NCBI RefSeq assembly: GCF_964194155.1
Contig: NC_135890.1
Span: 107,198,001 to 107,262,000, forward strand
DNA from: Cetorhinus maximus
Lineage: Eukaryota
DNA: 64,000 bases
Reading direction: 5' to 3'
A program made the translations under genes and the position numbers. Within the stretch, counting starts at the first letter, position 1, and each line of letters starts with the position of its first letter. Of this stretch, positions 12,898 through 26,205 are shown in pieces. The notes under the pieces were generated by a model that saw only the letters and a list, made by a program, of their open reading frames with translations, was not told where the DNA came from and did not search any database.

Positions 12898-13968
12898 CTT
12901 GTCCAATTGCTGTTAAGAGATGAACAGGATGTCAGTGATGGGGACACTTTATATCACGAGTCAATTGCTAAGAATGAATGAAAGAATTTAACACGCAAGA
13001 CGCATTGTCCCAGGCATTGGCTGCAAGCGCAGAAGCTGAGGGGTAACTGTTGTGTAAATTTCATCTGCAATAATAGCAACATCTGGCTTCCTACATGATA
13101 CCTGAATCGCCTAGACACCAATCTTCACCAACTCCTCCCTTCCTGCCAGACAAAAAGCACCAGATTCACATATCTGTTCCCCTGATTGCATTTGGCTTTG
13201 TCTTTGCTGCTCTATGCTGACTTGTTAAAATATTCAGAAACCCCCTGGGATCTGCGTACTGAGCTGCAATGCTAGCATCTGTCTGAAGTAGCCCTCAGTG
13301 AGCTGTGTAATGTGGCACAGTCTGTGTTTGGGTTCATGGGGAGATAAGAACATGGGCTTGGAAATTCTGTGGGTTTCTCTTGATCTTGCACCATAGCTTC
13401 AGCAATTCATCAATGGAGTCTAAGAGAATGGTTGTAAATGAAGGAAAATGACTGTAAGTTTCACCTTCAAATTAAAGGAACCATTTGTATAACTCTCTAA
13501 ACCACAAGACAGGGCATCCCCAGTCCAGTAGTGAAAAAAAAGTACCCTATTGTTGAGTAGAATTTTCTCTTTTGATGCAAGTGGTCTATGAATGAAATCT
13601 GTACAGTTATGACAGACCAAGCAGCAGAGAGTTATTCTGTCCAGAAATGCTTCCTCTCAGATTCAGACTTACATAATGCATTGTATTGAAAAACAAAAAC
13701 TACTTTGCTGATATTAGATAATGAATGTTTAATACATTAGTTTAAATTTCCATCTTTATAATAGCAGACAAAGGGGTGGCACATAAACATGTTAAGTTGT
13801 TATCGCCTTGTATTGTCTTCAATAACTCACAGGCTATGCTTTTTAAATTAACCTGACCCAGTTCAGAGAATATTAAGAACTTATTTTAAATGGTGAGTTT
13901 CATTCAAAATGACTTATTTTAAAACCCAGAATTAGAATATTGAAATTTCTAAATAAAAGACAGGATAC

Positions 13969-14170
13969 CTGACAATCTTTGCCGGAAGCACAAGTCCAGG
14001 TGAATCAGAAGAAATTTGAGCTGCAGAATGGGGAGAGATTCACTTCCCTGCACAGTTTGTTTTCTCTGTGTTTCTCCACACCGGCTCTCCAATCTAGTAT
14101 AAGGGAATGAAATTCTGTGTGTTTCTTGCTCCGTCTCTTCTGTGTTTCCCACCGTTAAACAAGTGAGTGA
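13969..14170 (-). other. Predicted non-coding exon 1 of ISG15-B1
   Basis: Donor CAG|gtatcc at 13969/13968. Alignable to A1 exon 1 (ggaagcaca.gtccagg; gttaaacaa; ggctccctcct). The TSS is approximate. Confidence 0.6.
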
Positions 14171-14193
14171 GTGTCTGGCTCCCTCCTCAGTCC

Positions 14194-14395
14194 TTTTATT
14201 ATTATTGCTGGTTTCTGAACGTCACAGCCTTGTTGCCCTCTAATTGGTTTGAACAAACAAGTGAGACCAGAGCTGGTTTCATTTCCCAAAGCCTCCCCTC
14301 AGAGTCTGGGAAATAACCTGACAGGAGCAGCAGGAATGCACCTTGCTACAGGTAACAGGTACTGAATTCCGAGTTATCTCAGTTTCAGATTCCTA
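14194..14395 (-). promoter_or_regulatory. ISG15-B1 promoter: TATA-like box, CCAAT, ISRE/IRF element
   Basis: Minus strand: ATAAAA 14194-14199, CCAAT 14243-14247, GGGAAATGAAACC 14275-14287 (same position as the A1 proximal ISRE), and a degenerate GGAATCTGAAACT near 14380-14393. Confidence 0.7.
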
Positions 14396-14595
14396 TCTGG
14401 TGCCACAGTCATAAACAACAAGAACAGAATCAGCTGAGCGGTGAGTCAGAGGCCTCACTGCCTGTTTGAAGCTGTGGGCAGGGCTTGAACAATACAATGT
14501 ATAAAGATACCGTGCATCAGACCAGTCAGTTTAATTATCTAATGAAAAGAAATTGGCCTCAAATTGCAGGGGTCCTGCTCCACGAGTACAAGTCA

Positions 14596-16935
14596 AATTT
14601 GTGGAATGTCTATAAGATGGCTTTTTGGAGCAGCTTGTGGTGGAGCCCACGAGGGGACAGGCAATTCTAGATTTAGTGATGTGAAATGAGGCAGATTTGA
14701 TAAGGGTGCTTAAGGTGAAGGAGCCCTTAGGAGGAAGTGACAATAATATGATAGAATTTACCCTGCAATTTGAGAGGAAAAAGCTGGGATCAGATGTAAC
14801 TGTATTACAGTTGAATAAAGGCAACTACAGAGGCATGAGGGAGGAGCTGGCCAGAATTATCTGGGAGATGAGCCTAGCAGGAATGACAGTGGAACAGCAA
14901 TGGCAGGAGTTTCTGGGAGACACATCAAAAATTCATCCCTTGGAAGAAGAAGTATACTAAAGGGAGCACGAAGCAACCATGGCTGACAAGGGAAGTCAGG
15001 GACAGCATAAAAGCGAAAGAGAAAGCATACAATGCGGCAAAGAGCAGTGGGAAACCAGGGGATTGGGAAGCCTACAAAGACCAACAGAGGACAATTAAAA
15101 AATAAATAAGGAGGGAGAAGATTAAATATGAGTGTAAACTGGCCAGTAATATAAAAGAAGATTGCAAGAGTTTTTTTTAGATATATAAAGAGTAAGAGAG
15201 AGGCAAAAGTGGACATTGGGCCGCTGGAAAATGATGCTGGAGAAGTAGTAGTGGGGAACAAAGAAATGGCGGAGGAACTGAATAGGTACTTTGCGTCAGT
15301 CTTCGCGGTGGAAGACACGAGCAACATCCCAAACGTTCAAGTGGGTCGGGGGACAGAGGTGAGTATGGTGGCCATTACTAAGGAGAAGCTGCTAGGAAAA
15401 CTGAAAGGTCTGAAGGTGGATAAATCACCTGGGCCAGATGGATTACACCCCAGAGTTCTGAAGGAGATAGCTGAAGAGATAGTGGAGGCGTTAGTGGTGA
15501 TCTTTCAGGAATCACTGGAGTCAGGGAGGGTCCCAGAGGACTGGAAATTCGCTTATGTAACCACCCTGTTTAAGAAGGGAGTGAGGCAAAAGATGGGAAA
15601 TTACAGGCCGATTAGCCTGACCTCGGTCATTGGTAAGATTTTAGAGTCCATTATTAAGGATGAGATTTCAGAATACTTGGAAGTGCATGGTAAAATAGGG
15701 CAAAGTCAGCAAGGTTTCATGAAGGGGATGTCATGCCTGACAAATCTGTTCCAGAAGGCCTTTGACAAGGTGCCGCACAGGAGGCTGCTCAGTAAGATAA
15801 GAGGCCATGGTGTTAGAGGCAAGGTACTAGCATGGATAGAAGATTGGCTGTCTAGCAGGAGGCAGAGAGTGGTGATAAGGGGATTCTTCTCAGGATGGCA
15901 GCCGGTGACCAGTGGAGTTCCGCAGGGGTCAGTGTTGGGCCCACAACTTTTCACTTTATACTTTAATGATCTTGATGAAGGAACTGAGGGCATCCTGGCT
16001 AAGTTTGCAGATGATACAAAGATAGGTGGAGGGACAGGTAGTATTGAGGAGGCGGGGAGGCTGCAGAAGGATTTGGACAGGTTAGGAGAATGGGCAAAGA
16101 AGTGGCAGATGGAATACAACGTGGGCAAGTGTGAGGTCATGCACTTTGGTAGGAAGAATAGAAGTATAGACTATTTTCTAATTGGGGAGAGAATTCAGAA
16201 TTCTGGAGTGCAAAGGGATTTGGGAGTCCTACTCCAGGATTCTCTTAAGATTAACTTGCAGGTTGAGTAGGTAGTTAGGAAGGCAAATGCAATGTTGGCA
16301 TTTATTTCGAGTGGACTAGAATATAAAAGCACGGATGTGCTGCTGAGTCTTCATAAGGCTCTGCTCAGACCACATTTCGAATATTGTGAGCAATTTTGGG
16401 CCCCGAATCTCAGGAAGGATGTTCTGGCCCTGGAGAGGGTCCAGAGGAAGTTCAGGATCACGATCCCAGGAATGAAAGGCTTAACATATGCGGAACGTTT
16501 GAGGGCTCTGGGTCTATACTCAATGGAGTTTAGAAGGATGAGGGGGGATCTGATTGAAACTTACAAAATACCCGAAGGCCTGGATACAGTGGACATGGGG
16601 AAGATGTTTCCATTAGTCGGAGGGACTAGGACCCGAAGGCACAGCCTCAGAGTAAAGGGAGGAACTTTTGGAAGAGAGATGAGGAGAAACTTCTTTAGCC
16701 AGAGAGTGGTGACTCTATGGAATTTATTGCTACAGAAGGCTGTGGAGGCCAGGTCAGTGAGTGAACTTAAAACTGAGAGAGATAGGTTCTTGATTGGTAA
16801 GGGGATCAAAGGTTATGGATAGTAGGCGGGAGAATGGGGTTGAGAATCTTATCAGCCGTGACTGAATGGTGCAGCAGACTTGATGGGCCGAATGGCCTAA
16901 TTTTTGCTCCTATGTCTTATAGTCTCATGGTCTTA
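14596..16935 (+). mobile_element. CR1 LINE ORF2 (5'-truncated, RT domain), inserted only in unit 1
   Basis: RT motifs KSPGPDG, NYRPISLTS, FQKAFDKVPH, GVPQGSVLGP, FADDTK, with stops and frameshifts, and a tatgtcttat..ggtctta tail. Empty site aagtca|ggtagag at ~35836. Confidence 0.95.
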
Positions 16936-17501
16936 GGTAGAGGAAAACCCCTTTCCCTTTCCAATCACAAGGCCAAGGGGTTAATGTCACTTCGATGTCA
17001 TGGTGGATGCTCAGAAACTGTAAGAGTACTTTAGTGGACAGATCCATCCTAATCTTTGCTTTGTTTATAACATCTGAAATCCCTCTGTGACTATTCTCAC
17101 ATGATCCTTTTTGCTGCTACTGTGGACCTGTGCTTCTATGCCTCCCGTGTTCCTTTGCTGCCCCAGGTAAGAAGTACAAGGTTTGTGACATGTAAACCAT
17201 CTCCACCAATCAATACATTTTGATTGTCTTTTTCTAAAAGAAAACTTAATACTTTGTCAAATCCCACATGTGCACACCCCGGTTGAATTACAATTCATCC
17301 TCAGACCCTTCCTCTAGCATCGACATGGTGCATCCTGTGTAACTTCAGCCAAGTTAGATACAGGCTGTCCAGATCAGTGTTGGAAATTTTTGTCCAGCTT
17401 TGCCTTAAAACTGATCCTCCAGCTGAACACCACTCCACTACTCGTGTTTTGATGGAGGTTCCAACGTGTATCTTACCCTCTCCTCCTCCAACAATGGAAA
17501 C

Positions 17502-17610
17502 AGCAGCACAGCCATATCACAGCCGTAATACAGCCATGCCACAGCCATATCACGGCAATATCGGAGCCATGTCACAGCCGTACCACTGTCATATCACAGC
17601 CATATCACAG
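17502..17610 (+). repeat. Short copy of the CACAGCCATAT-type minisatellite; resumes at ~19252-19310 after a LINE insertion
   Basis: ~11-bp units, orthologous to the array at 41574-42495. Confidence 0.8.
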
Positions 17611-19251
17611 TGATACCTCCTCCGGATGTTCCCAGCATCACTGATACCAGTCTTCAGCCAATTGAATTCACTCCACGTGATATCGAGAAATGGCTGAAGG
17701 CACTGGACACTGCAAAGAGTACGGGCTCTGATAATATCCTGACAATAGTAATGAAGACTTATGCTCTAGGACTTGCTGTGCCCCTATCCAAGCTGTTCCG
17801 GTACAGCTACAACAGTGGCATCCACCCGGCAATGTGGAAAATTGCCCAGGTATGTCCTGTAAACAAAATACAGGTCAAAACCAACTGGGCATATGACCGC
17901 CCCATCAGTCTACTCTTGATCATCAGCAAAGTGATGGAATGGGTCATCAACAGTGCTATCATGTGGCACTTGATTAGCAATAACCTGCTCACTGACACCC
18001 AGTTTGGGTTTGGCCAGAATCAGTCAGCTCCTGACATCATTACAGCCTTGGGTCAAACGTGGACAAAAGGATTGAAGAGAAGAGATGAGGTGAGACTCAC
18101 TGCCCTTGACATCAGCGAAGCATTTGATTGAGTGTGGCATCAAGGACCCTTAGCAAAACTGGAGTCAATGGGAATCAGGGGGAAAGCCCTCTGCTGGTTA
18201 GAATCATACCTAGCACAAAGGAAGATGGTTGTGGTTATTGGAGGTCAATCATCTCAATTCCAGTACATCACTGCAGGAGTTTCTCAGGGTAGTTCCTAGG
18301 CCCAACCATCTTCAGCTGCTTTATCAATGACCTTCCTTCCATCATAAGGTCAGGCGTGGGGACGTTCGCTGACGATTTCACAATGTTCAACACCACTCGT
18401 GATTCCTCAGATACAGAAGCAGTCCATGTCCAAATGCAGCAAGACCTGGACTATATTCAGGGTTGGACTGACAAGTGCAAGTAACATTCACACCACACAA
18501 ATGCCAGGAAATGACCATCTCTAACAAGAGAAAAAGTAACCATCGCCCCTTGACATTCAATGGCATTATCATCGCTGAATCCCCAACTATCAATATCCTG
18601 GGGGTTACCATTGACCAGAAACTGAACTGGATTAGTCATATCCATACTGTGGCTATAAGAGCAGGTCAGGGGCTAGGAATTTTGTGGAGAGTAACTCGCT
18701 TCCTGACTCCGCAAAGCCTGTCCACCATCTACAAGGCACAAACCGGGAGTGTGATGGAATACTAATCACATGTCTGGATGAGTGCAGCTCCAACAACACT
18801 CAAGAAGCTTTACGCCATCCAGGACAAAGCAGCCAGCTTGATTGGCACCCCATCCACAAATATTCACTCCCTCCACCACTGACGCACAGTGGCAGCAGTG
18901 TGTACCACATAGAAGATGCACTGCAGGAACTCACCAAGCCTCCTTACACAACACCTTCCAAACTCACGACCAATACCATCTAGCAGCAGAATCATGGGAA
19001 CAGCACCACCTGGATGTTCCGCTCCAAGCCACTCACTATCCAGACTTGGTCATATATCGCTGTTCCTTCACTATTGGTGGCTCAAAATCCTGGAACTCCT
19101 TCCCTAACAGCACTGTGGGTGTAACTACACCACATGGATTTCAGCAGTTCAAGAAGGCAGCTCACCACCACCTTCTCTAGGACAATTAGGGATGGACATT
19201 AAATGCTGGACTATCCAGCAACACCCATATCCCATAAGTGATAAAAAGAAA
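17611..19251 (+). mobile_element. Non-LTR retrotransposon RT and 3' end (second LINE family), inserted in the minisatellite, unit 1 only
   Basis: LDTAKSTGSD..RPISLL..QFGF..ALDISEAFD, GVSQGS..FADD, ILGVTIDQKLNW, and an A-rich tail gataaaaagaaaa. Confidence 0.9.
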
Positions 19252-19345
19252 ACCACAGCCATATCACAGCCATACCACAGCGGTATCACAGGCAGACCAC
19301 ATTGCCAGCACCGACAGCCATGAAGGCAAATTGGAGTTATAGTTC

Positions 19346-20944
19346 TTTAAAGTACACTGTTGGGCTCCTCACTGTAACATAATCTTTAGCTCCTCTTGTT
19401 TACAACTACGATCACCATCAGGTCCACATGGGATATGTTTGGTCCAGAAGATGGGAGTCTCCTTCGCTTGGTCCGTTGTCCGTCTAGGGATGGTGGGGTC
19501 TGATACACACTTTGCCTAAGGGACTACCCTTTTTGCTGACTCTGCTGGGACATCAACCCCCTAAGGAATATATAGTTTCCTGGATGGAATTTACCTTGCC
19601 ATTTGGACCGACATAACTGGATATAATTATCAGGTGTTCTCATCAGAATTATTCTTACTAAGATAAAAGCAAAATACTGCGCATGCTGGAACCTGAAACA
19701 AAAACAAAAACTGCTGGAGAAACTCAGCAGGTCAGACAGCATCTGTGGAGAGAAAAAGCCAACGTTTCGAGTCCAAATGACACTTCATCTTCAGTTCTGA
19801 AGAAGAGTCATCTGGATTCGAAACATTGGCCCTTTCTCTCCACTGATGCTGTCAGACCTGTTGAGGTTTTCCTGCAGTTTTGGTTTTTGTATCATTATTC
19901 TAACGTTGTCTCCTGGGTTGTTTACTCACACATTTTTCTATTCACCACTCTCCCCAATTTGTCTCAAAGTGACAAATGAGGAATGTCTAAGGGCAGAGTA
20001 GTTTCAGACTCTGACATAATTATTTTCCATTGAAACTCTCTGATTAAACATATTGCATTTACTTCCTTCATTCATCATACTTATTACCTTCCTTGCAACT
20101 GTTTGGGTAGCCACCTTTAATCGCTCCATGGTTTTTCCACACGTGTACCCTCCCTGACTCCCCAGGAATCACTTGGGGTTTGTTAAATGCGATATCGTGG
20201 TCACTAAAGTTGGACCAAACAAAGAAATCGCTTTTCTAACCTGGATTTCCAAAATACACTGGTTGACCTCTTCCAGAATATGGATGGCTATTAACAGGTG
20301 GCTGATCTTTAATGTTTGGGCCCATATCTTCGACTGACCGTCAATCCAGATTTTTCTGAAAAATAAAACAAAATACACCAACCTCTGTGGGTGAAACTTT
20401 TCTTTTGGACACAGGTGAGTAGTTAAGGGTTAACAAAATTGCCTTTCTCTTCTGTGGCCTCTATTAACCCTCTCAATTCTGCATAGGAGTGAATCAGCTG
20501 AACCCTCTCCCTTTGAGCGCTGCCTTTGTAACGCATACCTCTGCTGGCATTTCGGCTTCCTGGCCAGGGCTGGCTCCCAGATTCAACTCCTCCTCCAGCA
20601 TCCCCTCGGAGGTGGTACTTCTGGATCTCATTATTGGGTCTGTGGGCCTGATGCTGGCTGCTTTTCCTTTCTGCAAATGTTCCCCCTTAAATAGTTTCAC
20701 CTGATTAATATGAAACCATGTATCCCACTTTGTAAGTTGGACAGCATACACCATTGGGCTGGCTTTATCCACAATGCTGTATGGCCCCTTGCATCCAGAT
20801 TCAAACAGACCAACTCTCGCATCATTTCATGCCTTAACCTGCTGACCTATATCCCACTCTTGTGGTTTGGCTTTTTCTAGGAGCAATTTATTAACACAAT
20901 GCGCCCTCCCTATGTTCCTTGCAGCCTCATCGTGGAGGCCTTGC
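19346..20944 (-). mobile_element. LTR-retroelement (Gypsy/ERV-like) integrase C-terminus and downstream fragment at the duplication junction
   Basis: Minus strand reads ESGCKGPYSIVDKASPMVYAVQ..WFHINQVK, resembling the GPY/F integrase C-terminal module. The extent is approximate. Confidence 0.55.
19663..19890. repeat. Fold-back short interspersed element (inverted arms)
   Basis: The arm ctcagcaggtcagacagcatctgtggagagaaa..tttcgagtcca is mirrored by tggattcgaaa..tttctctccactgatgctgtcagacctgttgag. Single arms occur at ~5110-5190, 46950, 55080, 57870 and 58270. Confidence 0.75.
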
Positions 20945-21630
20945 AAGGCCACAGAAGATCAACTGGTTCAATATAATTAATATAATTAAACTGTGGAAAT
21001 TATGGGCCGGTGATCTGGGCTGGTGTGATTCTTCAATATTGTCCATAGGTGTCTCATTCATAGCTGATTGTCCCATCACCACTTGTTAGGGTAAATGATC
21101 ATAACCTGACTTTAAATATGCATCCCGGATGTAATGCAAGGAAAGCCACGGACAATTCAGACAGACAGAAACACACATTCCAATTTAAAATAAAGTTTTA
21201 CTTTCAAATCACATCGAATATTTTGGAAGAAACAACGTGCAGGCCTGATATCCTTTGCTCTTGTAAAACACTAAGCACCCAGAATAAAGCATTCCAATGT
21301 TAAACACTTACAATTCTCCAAGAACACTTTAAGGCTAAAAGGAATTACCTGTAAAAGTTATTTTAAAATGAAGAAGGCAGGCAATCATTGTTGATCTTTA
21401 TATGGGGAATATTTGGCATGTCCCCTCCTATACAGTGAAACATTTTTGGAATTGCCCCATCAGCCATCTTATGGTCCCTGTGAGTCAGGAGGTGAATTAG
21501 TACCGAATGAGAGATGAGCTTGGAGCTGTGTACTCATTAGGATCTCAACCAATATTAGTTTCACTCTTCAGAAGAATCTTTAAGGTTAACAGTACATGCT
21601 TTTGACCAATGATCAACCAGGGTTGATGTA
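20945..21630 (-). pseudogene. Orphan ISG15-B-type 3' UTR and 3' flank with no coding exon (its end also appears at 1-250)
   Basis: Colinear with 11322-12010 and 32551-33240, which lie directly 3' of the B CDSs. Homology stops at ~21630 and no UBL ORF follows. Confidence 0.7.
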
Positions 21631-22351
21631 AAATGGTTCTGTACATCCTGGCACCGGCAACAAGAGAATCCCAATGACCCAGTGCACTGGGACTTTTGAA
21701 GATGATGATAATTTCCTGCTTCTGCCCCTTCTCATCACCCCCATCCTACTATCTGGCACGAAATGCAAACTGCAGATGGTGTAACCGTGGACCTCTTGCT
21801 TCCCACCCTTGCCCCTTCTTCACCTAACCTTCCACTTCTCTTTTTGTGATTTCTGATACCCTAGAACTGCCCACTTACACAGGCACAGCAGCCCAAGGAG
21901 CAAGAGAGAGAGCAGCAGCCAGAGCACTGATGAAGAGGTCCTATCCACTTAACCTGGTGCTCAGATACTGCCACTGTGCGCACCTTTTAGAGGCCACTAC
22001 AGATTTAGATCAGCATGTGGTGAGTCACCAGGTATGAGTGGCCTGCAAACAGGCCAGGGGCAAAGGATGGTTTGTTTGTCAGCTTACTGGAGGGTGAGGT
22101 CACAGACAAGTGTTACTGCAGTGGACTTGGTGAGGATCTCGATGGGACAGCATACAGGAGAATACTAAGGGGCATGCACACTGAGGTACTGGGTACATTG
22201 GCTGGCCTGGAGCAGGAGTACAGCCTTCCTATCACTGTCAGGGAACATGGAGGGGTCTGACAGCAAGTTGGCAGAGTTTATGGTGCAAAGCTTGCCCTCT
22301 CCGCAGCCACTACTCCATCTCTATCTCACGTTGCAGACCCAGGGGCACTGG

Positions 22352-24212
22352 CACAGAATCACAGAATTATTACAGTGCAGAAGGAGGCCATTTGGCCCAT
22401 CATGTCTGCACCGGCTCTCTGAGCATTTTAACTTAGTGCCAATCTCCTGCCTTTTCCCTGTAACCCTACACATTGTTTCTATTTAAATAATCATCCAATG
22501 CCCTCTTGAATGCCTTAATTGAACCTGCCTCCACCACTCTTCCAGGCAGTGCATTCGCTGCGTGAAGAAGTTTATTCTCACCTCACATTTGCTTCCTTTG
22601 CAAAACACTTTAAATCTGTGCCCTCTGGTTCTCGATCCGTTAAGAAGAGGGAACAGTTTCTCCCCATCTACTCTGTCCAGACCCCTCATGATTTTGAAAA
22701 TTTCTATCAAATCTCCTCTCAGCCTTCTCCTCTCCAAGGAAAACAGTCCCAACTTCTCCATTCTTTCCTCATAACTGAAGTGTCTCATCCCTGGAACCAT
22801 TCCCGGTGCCTTATCAATTTTAAGTACCGACAGCTTATCCAATACCTCCTCCTTATGAATTTTAATCCCTTCTAGTGACTGAGTTTCCTCCTCTGTCACC
22901 ATGGCCTGGGCAGCATCTGCCTCATAGGTAAAGACAGATGCAAAGTATTCATTTAACACCTCAGCCATGCCTCTTTCCTCTATATGTAAATGCCCTTTTT
23001 GATCCCTAATTGGCCCTACTCCTCCTTTTACCACCCTTTTACTATTGGTATGCTTATAGAATACTTTGGGATTTCCTTTTAGTTAGCTGCCAGTCTTTGT
23101 TCATTATCCCTCATTGCTTCTCATATTTGCTTTTACACATCCCTTCTGAACCTTCTGTATTCAGCTTGGTTCTCAGTTGTATTTGCTGCCCGATACCTGT
23201 TGTAAGCACACTTTTTCTTCTTTAACCTAATTTCTATTTCCTTTGTCATCCAGGGAGCTCTGGATTTGTTTGTCCTACCCTTCCCTTTTGAGGGAACATG
23301 CCTTGACTGTGCCCAAACCTTCTCCTTTTTGAAGGTAGCCCATTGTTCAGCTCCTGTTTTTCCCACCAACCTTTGGTTCCAGTCCCTCTGGTCCAGCTCT
23401 GTTCTTGCCCCATTGAAGTCCGTTCTCTCTCAGTTGATTATTCTTATTCAGGTTTGACCAATGTCATTTTCCACCGTCATCCTAAATCTTATGATACAAT
23501 GATCACTGTTCCTTAAATGTTCCCCCACTGTCACTTGATCTACTTGGCCCACCTCATTTCCAAGAACGAGGTCTAGCAGTGCCTCGTTTCTTGTTGGACT
23601 AGACACTTCGTGCTGCAGGAAATTGTCCTGAACACAATCTAGGAACGTTTGTCCCTCACTGCCCCTTACACTACCACTATCCCTGTCTATATACAGGTAA
23701 TTAAAGTCCCCCATTTAATCTACTCTACGATGTTTTCAACTCTCTGTAATTTCCTTGCAGATTTGTTCCTCTATATCCTTCCCACTAGCTGGTGGTCTGT
23801 ATATTACTCCGAGCAATGTAATTGCACCTTTCTTATTCCTTAGCTCTAGACAAAATGAGTCTGTCCTTGATTCCTCTGATACAACCTCTTTCTGCAGTAC
23901 TGCAATACTCTCATTCACCAAAAATCCTCCTCCTTTGTTCTCTTTCCTATCTTTTCTGAACACCTTCTAATCAGGAATATTTAACACCCAGATCTGCCAT
24001 TCCTTAAGCCAGGTCTCCATTATCGCCACAACATCACAATCCCATTAGACAATCTGTGCCTTTACCTCCCCAATTTTATTAACAATACGCCGTGCATTCA
24101 GAAACGTGCAGTGTAACCCTAATTTTGTCTTCATTACTTGCTCCCTTACTCTGACTCCATCTATTAACTTAGTATTCTCTTTGTCTATTCTTAATTCTAT
24201 CAACATGGAGAA
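22352..24212 (-). mobile_element. Duplicate of the RT-deleted CR1 LINE at 970-2830
   Basis: Same APE and C-terminal motifs and the same deletion junction (KAPG|MVPG). Confidence 0.9.
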
Positions 24213-25737
24213 AGGGTAATCTTTTCATTTGTAAATTTAAGCAGTATTTGCTATAACTGACACTGCTGTCCCCATACCTGTTGCAGCCTTTGTGTGGACA
24301 GGGCACCAAATCCTCCGTCTTCCCTGTCAGAATACAACGATACTCTGGAAAATCTAAGAATCCCAGAAACACTCCAGAGTACCTCCAGACGCTTTACAAA
24401 TGCAGAAGTTCCTCATGTTAGCTTTCCTGCAACTTGGGTGCTTGGCCCTTCAAAGAATGCGAGTGCTAGACCCATTTTGTATCTCTGCAACTGATGTTTG
24501 CAGGCTGCTGTATGAATATGTTGTCTGGGCCTGAGTGAACAAAATTCGATATAGCTGGTGTCACATCAGTAGTTGGACTGGGTGACAACAGGACAGCGTC
24601 GATTCACAGCTCACATGTAGGGGAAACCCTGGGTGTGCTCTTTTACGAATGGAACTCCGTACAGAAAGCAGCCGCAGCCAAATGGTATATGGCATGACTA
24701 AAATGAATTCTATGCTCTTTGTGTTTGAAGTCCCTTGATTAGGCTCCTTGACATTGTCAGCAGCTGCCTCAATGCACTGAGGCTAATATCAATCTGGTCC
24801 CTAATGAGTCCTCAGTGTATCAATCAGAGTTATTTCCTTAAAACTCTTGGTTCGGTTAAATCAAATGAAAATGGTTTCAGATGTTGATCGTGACGTAACA
24901 TACATAGATTCACGGACAATTCACATTTACAAATTTTCACAAGGCAGAAACAACACAACAGCATTTAGATTTGTATCCAAAGAAACAACTTTATTTTCAA
25001 GTAACGTTGCACATTTCAATAAAATCAACAGCCCCGGCTCATAAATTCTGTTATTACAAAAGACTAAGCACACTGACTAAAGCATTTATATATTGGACAT
25101 CGACATCTACTCACATAAAGTAAGGCTAAAGGAATACTTGCAGAACATTTAGCATCATTGTTCATTAAATACAGTTATTTTGGGTAAATTTCAGTGCATC
25201 ACAAAAAGCGTCCCATTTCTCCATTTCTCATACCAACCACCTTGTGCCACACCCGAGTGGGAATAGAACCGAAAAGAATAATCCTCATGCTATGAGCGCA
25301 CGTGCATTAGGTTAACACTGACACTCACACAACCTATTTCATAGAGGATATCCACAGACAGCAGGCTTGAAGGAGGTTGGGCCTAATCTGAATTTAGGTC
25401 CCAAAGTAAAATGTTTAGTAATCTTTGGCCTCATGTATAATATAAAAATATTTTTCCATTCCTTCTTTGAAGGATACCCTCTGCTGCTTTGTCTGACACA
25501 TTCCGTGTGGGCTATGAGTGCAGGCAGTGGCCTGCTTCGTAGACAGACACTAATATGTGCATGAACACCCCACTGTTCTTAACAAGACAATCGAAGAGTG
25601 ACAGTCAAAGTATCATTTACTTACTAACCGCGATGCTTAAACTCATAGAAATTGCATCAGTGGGAAAAAAACCAACAGATTTTTATCGTAGTTTTTGTGT
25701 GATATCTAAAACTCATTCCATGTTGGTGCTGTCTTAG

Positions 25738-26205
25738 TTAACCACCTCGTAGTCGTAGCATGAGGAAGATGGTGCTCTCAGACTCAATATTGTAGTCGGC
25801 GAGTGTCAGACCATCCTCCAGCTGTTTCCCCTCGCACACCAGACGCTGCTGATTGGCTGGGACACCCTCCTGCCGTTGTACCCGTGCTCTAAAATCCCGA
25901 ACAGACTCAGAGGGATGAACGTCATATGTAGATGTTTTCCCCTTGTCATTCTTCAGGAATATCTGCATCCGCTCCTCGTTCTTGACAATCAGCATGACCT
26001 CATGACTGGGAGAGACATTGTAGTCAGACAGCCTCCTGCTGTCCTGCAGCTCTTCAGTGTTTCCATTTTGCACCACCAGGCGCTGTCGGAAATGGGACAC
26101 CTTGGTTCTTTCATATATCATCTTCTTGAGAGCTGACACTTGGATGGAATGGTCGATATCAAGTTCAATAACCTCACCGGTCATAAACTTCACCCGGAGC
26201 CTCAT
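25738..26205 (-). CDS. ISG15: ISG15-like di-ubiquitin protein, type A copy 2 (155 aa, ends LRLRGG-stop)
   Basis: Intact ORF with 6 aa differences from A1. The exon starts at 26217 after ttaacag. Confidence 0.92.
   Translation of the reverse strand: MRLRVKFMTGEVIELDIDHSIQVSALKKMIYERTKVSHFRQRLVVQNGNTEELQDSRRLSDYNVSPSHEVMLIVKNEERMQIFLKNDKGKTSTYDVHPSESVRDFRARVQRQEGVPANQQRLVCEGKQLEDGLTLADYNIESESTIFLMLRLRGG

Larger units (their letters stand above)
1..19345. repeat. Segmental tandem duplication unit 1 (ISG15-A1 + ISG15-B1); probably begins before the window
   Basis: Position 1 (gcaatcattgttgatctttatatggggaat) recurs at 21381. Colinear high identity continues to ~19345, matching ~42535, apart from copy-specific insertions. 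Confidence 0.93.

Noticed and set aside
12568-12981. Antisense ORFs overlapping ISG15 CDSs (also 4492, 25876, 33803)
   Set aside because: Shadow frames of the real genes, with non-ATG starts and variable length.
15209-16822. Active retrotransposon RT
   Set aside because: It is 5'-truncated with in-frame stops, frameshifts and a deletion before FQKAFD.
25738-26205. Positive selection between A1 and A2
   Set aside because: I count 6 amino-acid changes and about 4 synonymous changes, which is too few and not in excess.
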